Positions 20,376-33,480 of a stretch of DNA of 64,000 bases are shown in pieces (the stretch's first letter is position 1; the number at the start of each line of letters is the position of its first letter). This stretch comes from Polyangiales bacterium (GTDB taxonomy: Bacteria > Myxococcota_A > Polyangia > Polyangiales > Ga0077539). Position numbers and translations under genes: made by a program. The DNA lies in NCBI GenBank assembly GCA_044229975.1, contig JBGARZ010000004.1:288001-352000 (forward strand), read 5' to 3'. Below the pieces are notes generated by a model that saw nothing but the letters and a program-made list of their open reading frames with translations, searched no databases and had not been told where the DNA came from.

Positions 20376-20447
20376 TAGGCGCGACTGGGGTTGAACCAGC
20401 GACCCTCACCGTGTCAAGGTGATGCTCTACCACTGAGCTACGCGCCT
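20376..20447 (-). tRNA. tRNA-Val(GAC), CCA not encoded
   Basis: AGGCGCG TA GCTC AGTGGTA GAGC A TCACC TTGACAC GGTGA GGGTC GCTGG TTCAACC CCAGT CGCGCCT A; canonical cloverleaf. Confidence 0.97.
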
Positions 20448-20460
20448 GAAGGAGCCGCGG

Positions 20461-20490
20461 GTACTACCTCCCCTTCGCAGCTCCTGTCAA
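20461..20490 (-). promoter_or_regulatory. Sigma70 promoter of tRNA-Val
   Basis: TTGACA-N18-TAGTAC followed by a GC-rich discriminator CCGCGGC. Confidence 0.65.
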
Positions 20491-20510
20491 CACCTTCGCG
20501 CATCAGTCAT

Positions 20511-20960
20511 TCACTGCACGCGCACCACGCCGACCATCCCCGCGGCCGCGTGCGCTTCGCAGACGTACGGAAACGTCCCCGCCGCCGTGAAGGTGACGGT
20601 GACATCGCTTCCGGTCGCCATGCGGGGCACCGGGTTGCCCGCCGTTCCTGCCGTCGCGTCGCCGTTGATGCCGGGCCCGAGCGGGTGCACGCCGAAGTTG
20701 CTGGAGGTGCCGCCGGTGAAGGTCACGGTCTGTCCCACCGCGACGGTGATGCACTTGGGCGAGTAGCTGAAGAGGGTGCTGCCGCTCGCGCCGCCGTAGC
20801 CCACGACGCGCGATGCGCTCGCCGCGGTGCGGTCGACGAACTGCGCCGCCGTGCACCCATTGAAGTCGCCGTCGCTGCTCCCTCCGCAGCTTGACGCCGC
20901 GACGCACAGCACCACAGCAAGGCCCGTTTGAGCCCTATTCACTCGTACCTGATCGCGCAT
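20511..20960 (-). CDS. Plastocyanin/azurin-like type-1 copper lipoprotein
   Basis: GGGAGG SD; ASSC lipobox; GVHPL and FPYVCEAHAAAGMVG supply H...C-x2-H-x4-M ligands. Confidence 0.88.
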   Translation of the reverse strand: MRDQVRVNRAQTGLAVVLCVAASSCGGSSDGDFNGCTAAQFVDRTAASASRVVGYGGASGSTLFSYSPKCITVAVGQTVTFTGGTSSNFGVHPLGPGINGDATAGTAGNPVPRMATGSDVTVTFTAAGTFPYVCEAHAAAGMVGVVRVQ

Positions 20961-21078
20961 GATGTGCCTCCCATCGGGTGGTTGCCGACGGGCCCCCGGA
21001 TGAGGCAGCATCCTGCCCGCGCCCAGTCACGGGGGCAATGGGGTACCACCCACGTAACGCTGCTTCGGAGGTCTACTC

Positions 21079-21744
21079 ATGTCTGAAGATCACGTCTCTC
21101 GTCGCGAGGCCCTGACCGGGGGCGCCGCGGCCATCGCCGGTGTTGGCGCCGCGCTCGCGGTCTCCACCGTCACCCGCGAGGCTCACGCCGATAACGCCAG
21201 CGACGCCACCGCGCTCAACCTGGTGCTCACCAAGACCTACGAGATCATCGCCATCTACGACGCGGCCATCGGGTATCTCACCGACCCGACCCGCCCCGAG
21301 GGCGCTGTCCCCGGCGCGCTGCTCACGCGCTTCCGCACCCAGCACCGCGACCAGGCGACGCGGCTCGTGGCGCGCATCACCGCGCTCAGCGGCACCGCCG
21401 TCAGCGACGGCGCCGTCACCGTGCCGGCCAACCCGACGGGCTTCATGCGCAGCGTCGGCAACTACGTGAAGTTCGCGGCCGACCTCGAGCGCAAGGCCGC
21501 CATCGCGAGCGTCGCCACGCTCAACACCATCGGCAACAAGGACGCCGCCGAGCTCGTCGCCGCCATCGTCGGCACGCAGACGCAGCAGTTCACCGTGCTC
21601 TACCTCCTCGCCCGCGGCATCGCGATGCCGGGCGCCATGGCCGCCACGGCGCTCGACCAGATCGTCCCGCGCTCCTTCGTCAACCTCGTCGAGGAGCCTG
21701 CGGTGAGCCTCTTCTCCGTGGCCCCCCTTACCTTCACCCCCTGA
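21079..21744 (+). CDS. Tat-exported ferritin-like four-helix protein with degenerate metal ligands
   Basis: SRREAL...AHA Tat signal; aligns over its length with the downstream paralog; ligand positions read T/HRDQ/E/QTQQ. Confidence 0.8.
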   Translation: MSEDHVSRREALTGGAAAIAGVGAALAVSTVTREAHADNASDATALNLVLTKTYEIIAIYDAAIGYLTDPTRPEGAVPGALLTRFRTQHRDQATRLVARITALSGTAVSDGAVTVPANPTGFMRSVGNYVKFAADLERKAAIASVATLNTIGNKDAAELVAAIVGTQTQQFTVLYLLARGIAMPGAMAATALDQIVPRSFVNLVEEPAVSLFSVAPLTFTP

Positions 21745-21765
21745 TCTTCGAGGACGACCTACACC

Positions 21766-22440
21766 ATGACCACCAACGAACTCCTCTCGCGTCGCGCCCT
21801 CCTCGGCGGCGTGGCTGTCACCGGATCGGCCCTCGCGCTCGAAGCCTGCGGCGAAGACGCCGGCCCGGCCGTCCCCAACCCCGACATCATCCCGCTCAAC
21901 AACCTCCTCGCGGCCGAGTACGGCGCCATCAAGGCCTACGAGGCGGGCATCCCGATCCTCACCATGCCGGCCGTGGGTGACCCGCTCGCCGCCAGCGGCC
22001 CGATCCTCGCCGCCATCGCCACCAACTGGCAGAACCAGCACCGCGAGCACGCCCGGCAGCTCGCCGCCGCCGTCACCGCCATCGGCGGCACGCCCGTCAC
22101 CGAGGCGAGCGTCACGTTCACGGCGCCCAACGGCTTCACTGGCACCGTGCGCAACGTGATGGTGCTCGCGTGCAACGCCGAGAAGGACGCCGCCGTCGCC
22201 TACAACACCGCGGTCAAGAACATGAACTCCGCCAGCTCGCGCTACCTCGCCACCAACATCGAGGGCGCCGAGACGCAGCACTTCGTGATCCTGTACACGC
22301 TGCTCCAGCAGGCGGTCGCGCCGAGCGTCGCGATGATCATCACCATGACCGGCGAGGTCGCCCCCAAGGCCTTCGTCGCCAACGTGGGCGGCATGACCAA
22401 CGGCCTCACCGCCATCGCCGACTTCACCTACACCGCCTGA
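21766..22440 (+). CDS. Tat-exported ferritin-like (diiron) lipoprotein
   Basis: SRRALL...LEAC; LNNLLAAEYGAIKAY, QHREH, NAEKDA..AY, GAETQH. Confidence 0.85.
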   Translation: MTTNELLSRRALLGGVAVTGSALALEACGEDAGPAVPNPDIIPLNNLLAAEYGAIKAYEAGIPILTMPAVGDPLAASGPILAAIATNWQNQHREHARQLAAAVTAIGGTPVTEASVTFTAPNGFTGTVRNVMVLACNAEKDAAVAYNTAVKNMNSASSRYLATNIEGAETQHFVILYTLLQQAVAPSVAMIITMTGEVAPKAFVANVGGMTNGLTAIADFTYTA

Positions 22441-22470
22441 TCGCCCGCGGTCACCCGCTCCGGGTGATCG

Positions 22471-24168
22471 TCACGCCTCATCCATCGCCAGCAGCCGCGC
22501 GTCGTCCAGGTCGGGCGACGCGCCCAGCAGGTCGACGCCGTTGCGCGCAAACCGCAGCGCCGCCGCGCGCGCCCGCGGGTCGTTCTCGTGCGAGAGCGAC
22601 CAGTCGGCGTGTCGTGCGAGCAGCGCCAGCGCCAGCGATCGTCCCAGCGTCAGCGCGATGCGTCGCGCGTCGGCCTCCAGTCGCGCGAGGCCCTCGATGC
22701 CCGACGCTGCGCTCGCGATGTGTTCGCGCGCCGTGCCGAGCGCACGGTCGACGCTCTTCACCGCGAGCCGCGATGCTTCGACGAGCGCCGGTTCGCGCAC
22801 CGACGCCGCGAGTCCGGCGACCTCCGCGCGCAGCGCAGTGACGGCCGCGGTCTGGCCCATCGCCTTGAGCGCGTCGAGCGACAGGACGTTGGTGGTCCCC
22901 TCCCAGATGGGCAGCACCTGGGCGTCGCGGAGCAGCGTCGGGAGGCCGGTGTCTTCCACGTAGCCCGCGCCGCCGAAGCACTCGATGGCCTCGCTGGTGA
23001 CCTGCACCGCCTGGCGTCCGGTGGTGAGCTTCACCAGCGGCGTGACGAGTCGGAGCAGATGGCCGTCGTCCTCGGTGGCCTCGCCGCTCTCGTCGCGACC
23101 GAGCAGCTCCACTGCGCGGAACGTGAGATGAAACGCGGCCTCGGCCTCGGCTTGAAGACCCGCGAGGGTGTCGAGGTGCAGGGGCTTCTCGGAGAGCGTC
23201 GCACCGAAGGCGCGGCGGCGGCGGGCGTAGTCGCGGGCGAGGGCGACGGAGCGGCGCATGAGGGAGGAGGCGCAGACGGCGTTCCAGGTGCGGGTGATGT
23301 TGAGCATCGGGCTGATGGCGCGGATGCCGTCGTTGAGCCCGGTGACGGCGAGCGCGGGCGTGCCGTCGAGGGTGAGCTCCGCGGTGGGGACCTTGCGCGT
23401 GCCGAGCTTGTCCTTGAGGCGGTTGACGCTGATGCGCTGGAGCCGTCCGTCGGCGTCGCGGGTCTCCACATAGAAGAGCGCGAGCCCGCGACCACCCGCG
23501 GGATTGCCCTCGGGGCGCGCGAGCGTGAGTGCCATCTGCGACGTCGTCGCGCTGGAGAACCACTTGGTGCCGTGCAGGCGCCATGTTCCGTCGTCGTCGC
23601 GGCGCGCGACGGTCTCGGTGAGGCCCACGTCGGAGCCGCCGGTGCGCTCGGTCATCCACTGGCCGGAGGTCCACATCTGCGCGGGGTCGCGGCTGGTGAG
23701 GTGGGGGAGGGCGCGCTCGGTGATGTTGCTGTTGTTGTGGAGCGTGAGGGTGCGCGCGGCGCCGTCGGTCATCGCGAGCGGACACGAGTAGACGTCCGTC
23801 GACGGGTTGAAGAGGTGCACCCGCGCGAACTGATCGACGCGGGAGAGCGAGCCGTGGCGGCGTTCGTAGGCGACGGCGACGAGGCCGTACTCGGCGGCGA
23901 CGACGGCGGCGCGCTTCCAGAGGGGCGTCACCTCGATGTGGTCGACGCGGTGGCCCCAGGCGTCCCACGGGGTGAGCACGGGCTCGTTGAGGCGATCGGC
24001 GGCCTGGAGCTGGTAGAGCTCACCGGCCGCGAGGGCGCCGAGCTCGGAGAGGGCGGGTGTGATGTCGTGGCGGGCGTCGTCGGGGAGCACGCGCGCCAGG
24101 TACGACCGCAGCACGCGGTCTTCGTCGAACTGGTTGCCGAGAGAAGGAGGGGGCTGGAAGAACGCCAT
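22471..24168 (-). CDS. Acyl-CoA dehydrogenase (AidB-like)
   Basis: CPLAMTDGA, GQWMTERTGGSDV, RLKDKLGTR, ECFGGAGYVE, PIWEGTTNV. Confidence 0.92.
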   Translation of the reverse strand: MAFFQPPPSLGNQFDEDRVLRSYLARVLPDDARHDITPALSELGALAAGELYQLQAADRLNEPVLTPWDAWGHRVDHIEVTPLWKRAAVVAAEYGLVAVAYERRHGSLSRVDQFARVHLFNPSTDVYSCPLAMTDGAARTLTLHNNSNITERALPHLTSRDPAQMWTSGQWMTERTGGSDVGLTETVARRDDDGTWRLHGTKWFSSATTSQMALTLARPEGNPAGGRGLALFYVETRDADGRLQRISVNRLKDKLGTRKVPTAELTLDGTPALAVTGLNDGIRAISPMLNITRTWNAVCASSLMRRSVALARDYARRRRAFGATLSEKPLHLDTLAGLQAEAEAAFHLTFRAVELLGRDESGEATEDDGHLLRLVTPLVKLTTGRQAVQVTSEAIECFGGAGYVEDTGLPTLLRDAQVLPIWEGTTNVLSLDALKAMGQTAAVTALRAEVAGLAASVREPALVEASRLAVKSVDRALGTAREHIASAASGIEGLARLEADARRIALTLGRSLALALLARHADWSLSHENDPRARAAALRFARNGVDLLGASPDLDDARLLAMDEA

Positions 24169-24227
24169 GGCGGCGCGGACTCTACCGCGGGGGGAGCTTC
24201 ATCCCCACAGCCTCACGGTCGCGAACC

Positions 24228-24395
24228 GACGGTTGGCCCCCTCACCGCGCTGCCGCGCGCCCTCACCCCCGCGGGAGCGGGGGCAAGGGCTCAGGATGCT
24301 GTCAGGTGCGCGCCTGGGTTGCAGCCACCGGAGCCCTTGCCCCCGCTTTCGCGGGGGTGAGGGCGCGCGGCAGCGCGGTGAGGGGGCCGACCGTC
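24228..24395. repeat. Inverted repeat with 65-bp arms (24228-24292 and 24331-24395)
   Basis: GACGGTTGGCCCCCTCACCGCGCTGCCGCGCGCCCTCACCCCCGC..GCGGGGGCAAGGGCTC is mirrored with few mismatches. Confidence 0.9.
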
Positions 24396-25410
24396 AGCGA
24401 CGGCAGACCGCGTGGGCCTCTTCGCACGCGACGAAGCTCATGTACTGGCGACCGCAGTCGGCGCCCGCGCAGCGGCAGCCGCTCACGCCGACGCAGCGGT
24501 TGCTCATCCAGTACACGCCGAGGAAGAGGTCGCAGAGGCCGTCGCCGCGCGCGTCTTGCGAAGCGCACACGTCGCCCGCGTCGGGAACGCCCACGTCGCG
24601 CAAGCTCGCGTCGGTCACCGGGCCGCTGCCCGTGTCCGTGGGGACGGTGCCCGCGTCGGTTCCGATGACGCGGCACTCGGGGCGGTCGGGCGCGGCGCAG
24701 TAGCAGGCCACATCGGGCGATACGCGGCAGGTTGCTCCGACGGGGCAGGTCACGCCTCGAACGGTGCAGCTCCCGGTGTCGGTGGGGCGCACCGGGACGT
24801 CGCGGAGGAAGCCCGCGTCGCGGCACGCGGGATTACTTGCGCATTCGAGGCCGCGTGCGGTGCAGCGACAGAGGGTGCACTCGTCGACGCGGCAGGTCTC
24901 GCCGAGTCCGCAGAAGGCCCCGTTGGCAAGAACGCACCCGGTGGGGGTCGGTCCGCCGCCGTCGATGGGGGTCGTCGTGCCGCAGGCGCCGCGGGACTGG
25001 TACGGGCGGTCGGGGCAGGTCGAGCTGCCGACGAAGGTCTGGCCGTCGCAGCCGCAGAAGCGCGCGATGTCGTCGGTGCAGAGGCGGCCGGGCTCCAGGG
25101 TGCAGATCCACGGGACGCCACAGCCGGGCATGCCGAGGCACACCTCGTTGCGACCGCACTGCGACGTGCTGGTGCAGGTGCGGCGGGCGTCGTCGAAGGG
25201 GCGCCCCACGTCGGTGAGGAGGGGGACGTCGACGGGGGTGATGGTTCCGCGCTCGTTGGTGAAGCCGGGGACGTCGGTGACGCTGAGCGCGTCGGTGACG
25301 GTGGACCCGGCGTCGGAGTCGGGCGGCGTGCCGACGATGATCGTCGAGCTGCAACCGAAGGTGAGGGAGGTGAAGCAGAGGAGGGAGAGCGCGCGCCGGA
25401 GGTGAAGCAT
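24394..25410 (-). CDS. Cys-rich lipoprotein with a Kazal-like module
   Basis: LTFGC lipobox; FCGCDGQTF...C motif; several Cys clusters joined by DAG/DVP linkers. Confidence 0.8.
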   Translation of the reverse strand: MLHLRRALSLLCFTSLTFGCSSTIIVGTPPDSDAGSTVTDALSVTDVPGFTNERGTITPVDVPLLTDVGRPFDDARRTCTSTSQCGRNEVCLGMPGCGVPWICTLEPGRLCTDDIARFCGCDGQTFVGSSTCPDRPYQSRGACGTTTPIDGGGPTPTGCVLANGAFCGLGETCRVDECTLCRCTARGLECASNPACRDAGFLRDVPVRPTDTGSCTVRGVTCPVGATCRVSPDVACYCAAPDRPECRVIGTDAGTVPTDTGSGPVTDASLRDVGVPDAGDVCASQDARGDGLCDLFLGVYWMSNRCVGVSGCRCAGADCGRQYMSFVACEEAHAVCRR

Positions 25411-25446
25411 CGAGCGGGTTATACACCCGTTGATAAGAAACCGTCG

Positions 25447-26346
25447 TTACGGCGGCGCCACCGGAGCGATCGTCGTCACCGCCGCGCCCCACCACGCGAC
25501 GCTGCTGCGGGCCACCTCGGTCGCGCGCCCGGTGGTGATGTCCAGCGTCACCACCGCCCCGTCCGCCGTGAACCCGAACACGATCGACCGCCAATACCCG
25601 ACGCCCCACGTCCGGCTCACCCCGGTGGGCCCGATGCGCACCGCGCGCCCCGTCATCGGGTTGATGCGCGCCAGATACTCCACCGGCTCCAACCCGGTGT
25701 CGTTGTCGATGACCGTCGCAAAGGTCCCGCCGCTCGCCACCGAGACGATGTCCCCCGACGACCCGAGCGCGCCGCCGTAGGTCCCGATCTGCCGCGTCGC
25801 TCCCGTCGCCGTGTCGACGCGGTGCACCCCGCCGTTGCGGTTGGCCGCGACGAGCACCTCGCCCGCCTCCAGCTCGCCGCCCGGAATGAACGACAGCCCG
25901 TTGAAGAGCGACCCCGAGAAGGGCGCGACGTAGGTGCACTGCGCGTTGGTGAGGTCGACCCGGTAGAGCGACGTGAACGTGATGCCCCACGCCTCGCCCG
26001 CCGCGTTGATGGCGAGGTCGGTCATCTCGTTGGTTCCGCCGCCCGTCGCGGGCCAGCGGAAGTCGCCGATGCGCGTGACGCTGAACGTCCGCGGGTCGAC
26101 GACGTAGAGCGCGTCGGCCGTGTGGGCGTACACGCGCACGTTGTCGAGCACCGGCGGCAGCCGCGGGACATCCACCGCCGCCGCCGCATCGGGGCGCGTG
26201 ACCAGACCGACGTCGAGCAGGAAGCCGGCGTCGCGGGCGGGCGTTCCGGCGTCGCTGACGAAGCGGGGGCTCTCCTCGCCACCACACGCGGCGAGGCCGA
26301 GGGCACAGAGCAGGGCGGGGCGGAGGCGGGCGGTTGTCTTGGACAC
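25447..26346 (-). CDS. Beta-propeller-like lipoprotein
   Basis: GTG start, LAAC lipobox; blade-like repeats VYAHTADALYVVDP, MTDLAIN, LYRVD, SSGDIV. Confidence 0.78.
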   Translation of the reverse strand: MSKTTARLRPALLCALGLAACGGEESPRFVSDAGTPARDAGFLLDVGLVTRPDAAAAVDVPRLPPVLDNVRVYAHTADALYVVDPRTFSVTRIGDFRWPATGGGTNEMTDLAINAAGEAWGITFTSLYRVDLTNAQCTYVAPFSGSLFNGLSFIPGGELEAGEVLVAANRNGGVHRVDTATGATRQIGTYGGALGSSGDIVSVASGGTFATVIDNDTGLEPVEYLARINPMTGRAVRIGPTGVSRTWGVGYWRSIVFGFTADGAVVTLDITTGRATEVARSSVAWWGAAVTTIAPVAPP

Positions 26347-26467
26347 GGCGCCGCGCAGGCTCGCGACAACGGGGCACCGGGTCAAGCAACCCGTGAGGCG
26401 GCGGACAGCCCGCAGACGGCGGGATCTTGCAACCGCAGGGGGTTCGCATAGGGTGGCGCCACTTCCT

Positions 26468-27478
26468 ATGCAGCGCTGGCTACGAACGATCGGGTGTGTC
26501 CTGGCTCTCTCCGCGGTGTCGTGCGGCGCGCGCGGCAACGCGGGCAACGACTTCATCGACCCCGATACGTGCACCGCCGGGCAGAGCGAGGCGTGCGTCT
26601 GCGAGAGCACCATGGCCGACGGGGTGCGCCTCTGCGGCGCCGACCTCCGGCTGACGGCCTGCATGTGTGACGGCGTCGACGGAGGTCTGTCCGGCTTCGA
26701 CGTCGCAGTGGGCCTCGACCGCGCCGCCCCGACGGACATCCCGACGACGAGCGTCGACCGCGGCGGCTCCGCGGGCCCCGGAACGCTCGGCTCCACCTGC
26801 ACCCGCCTCGACCAGTGCATGAGCGGCGTGTGCCTGCCGACGGGTCGCTGCTCGCGCTCGTGCACCGGCGCGGCGGACTGTCCCACCAGCATCGGGTGGA
26901 CGTGCACGGCGCTGCCCGGCCTCGGCCCGGTGTGCGGCTGCACCCCGCGCGGCGTCGAGACCTGCAACGGCCAGGACGACGACTGCGACGGCGTCGCCGA
27001 CAACGGCATCACCCGCTGTGGCGGCGCGTGCGTCGACCTCCAGACCGACGCCGCCAACTGCGGCGGCTGCGGCATCGCGTGCGGCGGCGGCACGAGCTGC
27101 GTGCGCGGCATGTGCCTCTGCCCGACGTCGCTGCCCACCGCGTGCGGCGGGCGCTGCGTCGACAGTCGGGTCGATCCTGCCAATTGCGGCGCGTGCGGGA
27201 CGACCTGCGCCGCGGGGCAGCGCTGCGAGAGCGGTCGCTGCTCGACGACGACCACGGGCATGTGCCCGTCGAGCTGCGGGGCGAGCTCCGAGTGCGGGTC
27301 GTGCCGCACGCCGAGCGACCCGGCGGGCTCGACCTACTGCTGCCTCTCGGGGCTGTGCATCTACTCCAGCACGTCGACGTGCAGCACCGACGCGGGCCTC
27401 GTCGACCTGCCCTCGCTCGACTCGCTCCCGAGCGACACCGGGTCGGGCGGCGGATCGGACGGCGCGGGCATCGACTGA
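26468..27478 (+). CDS. Cys-rich repeat lipoprotein (Stig1-like)
   Basis: AVSC lipobox; ETCNGQDDDCDG and CVDLQTDAANCGGCG motifs. Confidence 0.8.
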   Translation: MQRWLRTIGCVLALSAVSCGARGNAGNDFIDPDTCTAGQSEACVCESTMADGVRLCGADLRLTACMCDGVDGGLSGFDVAVGLDRAAPTDIPTTSVDRGGSAGPGTLGSTCTRLDQCMSGVCLPTGRCSRSCTGAADCPTSIGWTCTALPGLGPVCGCTPRGVETCNGQDDDCDGVADNGITRCGGACVDLQTDAANCGGCGIACGGGTSCVRGMCLCPTSLPTACGGRCVDSRVDPANCGACGTTCAAGQRCESGRCSTTTTGMCPSSCGASSECGSCRTPSDPAGSTYCCLSGLCIYSSTSTCSTDAGLVDLPSLDSLPSDTGSGGGSDGAGID

Positions 27479-27566
27479 GCACCAGCTCGGCCTTGGATCA
27501 ATGCGGGCGCGGGTGACGTTCCGCGCGACAGTCGGGCGGTCGCGTCACTAGAATCGCTGCCCCCCA

Positions 27567-31352
<3,786 letters not shown>

Positions 31353-31384
31353 AGGGCCGCAGCATTCATTCAGGCGGTCGGTGA

Positions 31385-31635
31385 CCTCGTCCGGTGGGGG
31401 CCGGAGTTCGCGTAGCACCATGAGTCGGGGTGCAGTCGCTCACTCCGGGCTATTTCAGGTCGTCACCCCGCTGCGCGGGGTTGCAACCCCGGAGCGCCTC
31501 AACCGCCCGGCCTCGGAATGACGGTCGGATTCGTTGCAACCCCGCGCAGCGGGGTGACGACCTGAAATAGCCCGGAGTGAGCGACTGCACCCCGACTCAT
31601 GGTGCTACGCGAACTCCGGCCCCCACCGGACGAGG
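31385..31635. repeat. Perfect 103-bp inverted repeat (31385-31487 and 31533-31635) between convergent genes, REPIN-like
   Basis: Arms checked base by base as exact reverse complements; 45-bp spacer. Confidence 0.95.
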
Positions 31636-31648
31636 CAACCTCCGCACT

Positions 31649-33403
31649 CTACGTCGCGTCGCTCTCCAGCTCGCGGAAGAGCGCGTCGAGCTCGGCCCGC
31701 CCCCGCATCGCCGTCGTGAGCTCGCTCGCGGCGCGCACCAGGATGGCCTCCATGTCCGCGAGCTGCCCGGCCAGCGCCTCCACCCGCGGCTGCGCCTGAC
31801 CCCGCTCGTCCTCGCTCGCGTGCGACACCCGATCGAGCTGCGCCCGCAGCGCCTCGATCTGGAACTCGAGGTCCTTCACCTCGGCCTCACCGAGCTGCAC
31901 TTCCTCCTGGGCGCCGCGCAGCTCTTCCGCCTTCGGCAGCAGCGCCTCCAGCTCTGCCATCGCCGCCCGGTACCGGTCGGCCGCTTCGACCGTCGGGGCC
32001 GCGCCCACGCCCAGCGCCACCACCGCCGCGTGCGCCGCGCGGAACGGCTCCCCGCGGGCCTTCAACGCCGCCTCGGCCGCCGCCGCCTGGCCGAGCGCGG
32101 CCTGCGTGCGCTGGCGGGCTTGTGAGAGGTCCTGCCCGAGGGCGTCCATGGCGCGGCCGAAGCGACCCTGCGCGTCCTTGGCGGTGCGGGCCAGCGAGTC
32201 GAGGCACATCTGCTCGTGCAGCCAGCGCGAGTGCACGTCGGACATGAGCACCACCGTCGCCCGGATGCGCCCGAAGGCCGCGGTGAGCTCCGGCGTCGTC
32301 CCCTGCGGAAAGGCCCGCGCCAGCATCGACGAGAGGATCTCCGTGCGCCGACCCCAGCGCGTCGCCGAGTCCGTCGCGAACATCCCGTGCATCGACGTGT
32401 TGGTCGCCGGCGGAATGGAGCGCGTCGGCATCGCCGGGGCGACGAGCCCACCGGAGGGACGGCGCGGCTGCGGGTAGCGGGCGGTGACGTCGGTGAGCGC
32501 GCGCTCGATGGCGTGGGCGTCGACGGGTCGCCGCGCGGCGTCCTTCTCCAGGCACTGGAGGATGAGGGCGTCGAGCTCCATCGGGATGTTGGGGTTGAGC
32601 CCGCGCGGTGAGGGCGGCGGCTCGCGCAGGTGCTGGATGAGGTAGCTGGTGACGTCCTTCGCGCTGAAGGGGAGCTGCCCCGTCACGCACCGGAACATGA
32701 TGCACCCGAGCGCATACAGGTCGGCCGGGATGCCCGCCTCGGTGGTGGTGATGCGCTCCGGGGCCATGTACTGCGGCGTGCCGAAGATCTCGCCGGTGCC
32801 GGTGAGCCGCGTGTCGAGCAGGCAGCGCGCGATGCCGAAGTCGAGGATCTTGAGGAGCTCGGAGCCGTCGGGCTGCGGGCACACGTAGAGGTTCTCGGGC
32901 TTGAGGTCGCGGTGCAGCACCTGGAAGTCGTGGGCGCGCGCGAGCCCGGCCGAGAGCTGTAGCATCAGGTCGACGGCGCGCTCGATGGGCAGCGGGCCCT
33001 GCGCGCGCTTGAGCACCACCTCCAGCGTGGCGCCCTGGAGAAACTCCATCACCAGGTACGGGATGCCGTCGTCGAGCTCGCCCTCTTCGAGGATCTCGAT
33101 GACGTTGCGGTGCGCGAGTCGCCGGGTGTTGGTGGCCTCGCGGCGGAAGCGCTCGCGCAGCTTGGCGTCGCCCACCAGCTCCTTGCGAAACACCTTCACG
33201 GCGACGGGCCGGTCGCCCGCGTTGCCCATGGCGCGGTAGACGGTCGACATGCCGCCCGCGCCGATGGTCTCCTCGATGCGGTAGCGCCCGGCGATGACCG
33301 ACCCGAGGTGCGGGTCGGGCGCGGTGATGAGCGCCGTGCGGTCGACGAAGCAGTGCGTCGCCTCGGTCGGGTAGCGCAGCTTGCAGGTGGGGCACAGCTT
33401 CAT
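31649..33403 (-). CDS. Ser/Thr protein kinase with an N-terminal Zn-ribbon and a C-terminal coiled coil
   Basis: CPTC..C; IGAGGMSTVY, AVK, HRDLKPEN, DFG, GTPQYMAPE. Confidence 0.93.
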   Translation of the reverse strand: MKLCPTCKLRYPTEATHCFVDRTALITAPDPHLGSVIAGRYRIEETIGAGGMSTVYRAMGNAGDRPVAVKVFRKELVGDAKLRERFRREATNTRRLAHRNVIEILEEGELDDGIPYLVMEFLQGATLEVVLKRAQGPLPIERAVDLMLQLSAGLARAHDFQVLHRDLKPENLYVCPQPDGSELLKILDFGIARCLLDTRLTGTGEIFGTPQYMAPERITTTEAGIPADLYALGCIMFRCVTGQLPFSAKDVTSYLIQHLREPPPSPRGLNPNIPMELDALILQCLEKDAARRPVDAHAIERALTDVTARYPQPRRPSGGLVAPAMPTRSIPPATNTSMHGMFATDSATRWGRRTEILSSMLARAFPQGTTPELTAAFGRIRATVVLMSDVHSRWLHEQMCLDSLARTAKDAQGRFGRAMDALGQDLSQARQRTQAALGQAAAAEAALKARGEPFRAAHAAVVALGVGAAPTVEAADRYRAAMAELEALLPKAEELRGAQEEVQLGEAEVKDLEFQIEALRAQLDRVSHASEDERGQAQPRVEALAGQLADMEAILVRAASELTTAMRGRAELDALFRELESDAT

Positions 33404-33480
33404 CCGGTCACTCCGAGGGCGCGCAGTGTAACATCGCGGCCCCCCATCGCCGCCACGCGCGAATTGCACCACCCGACGCC

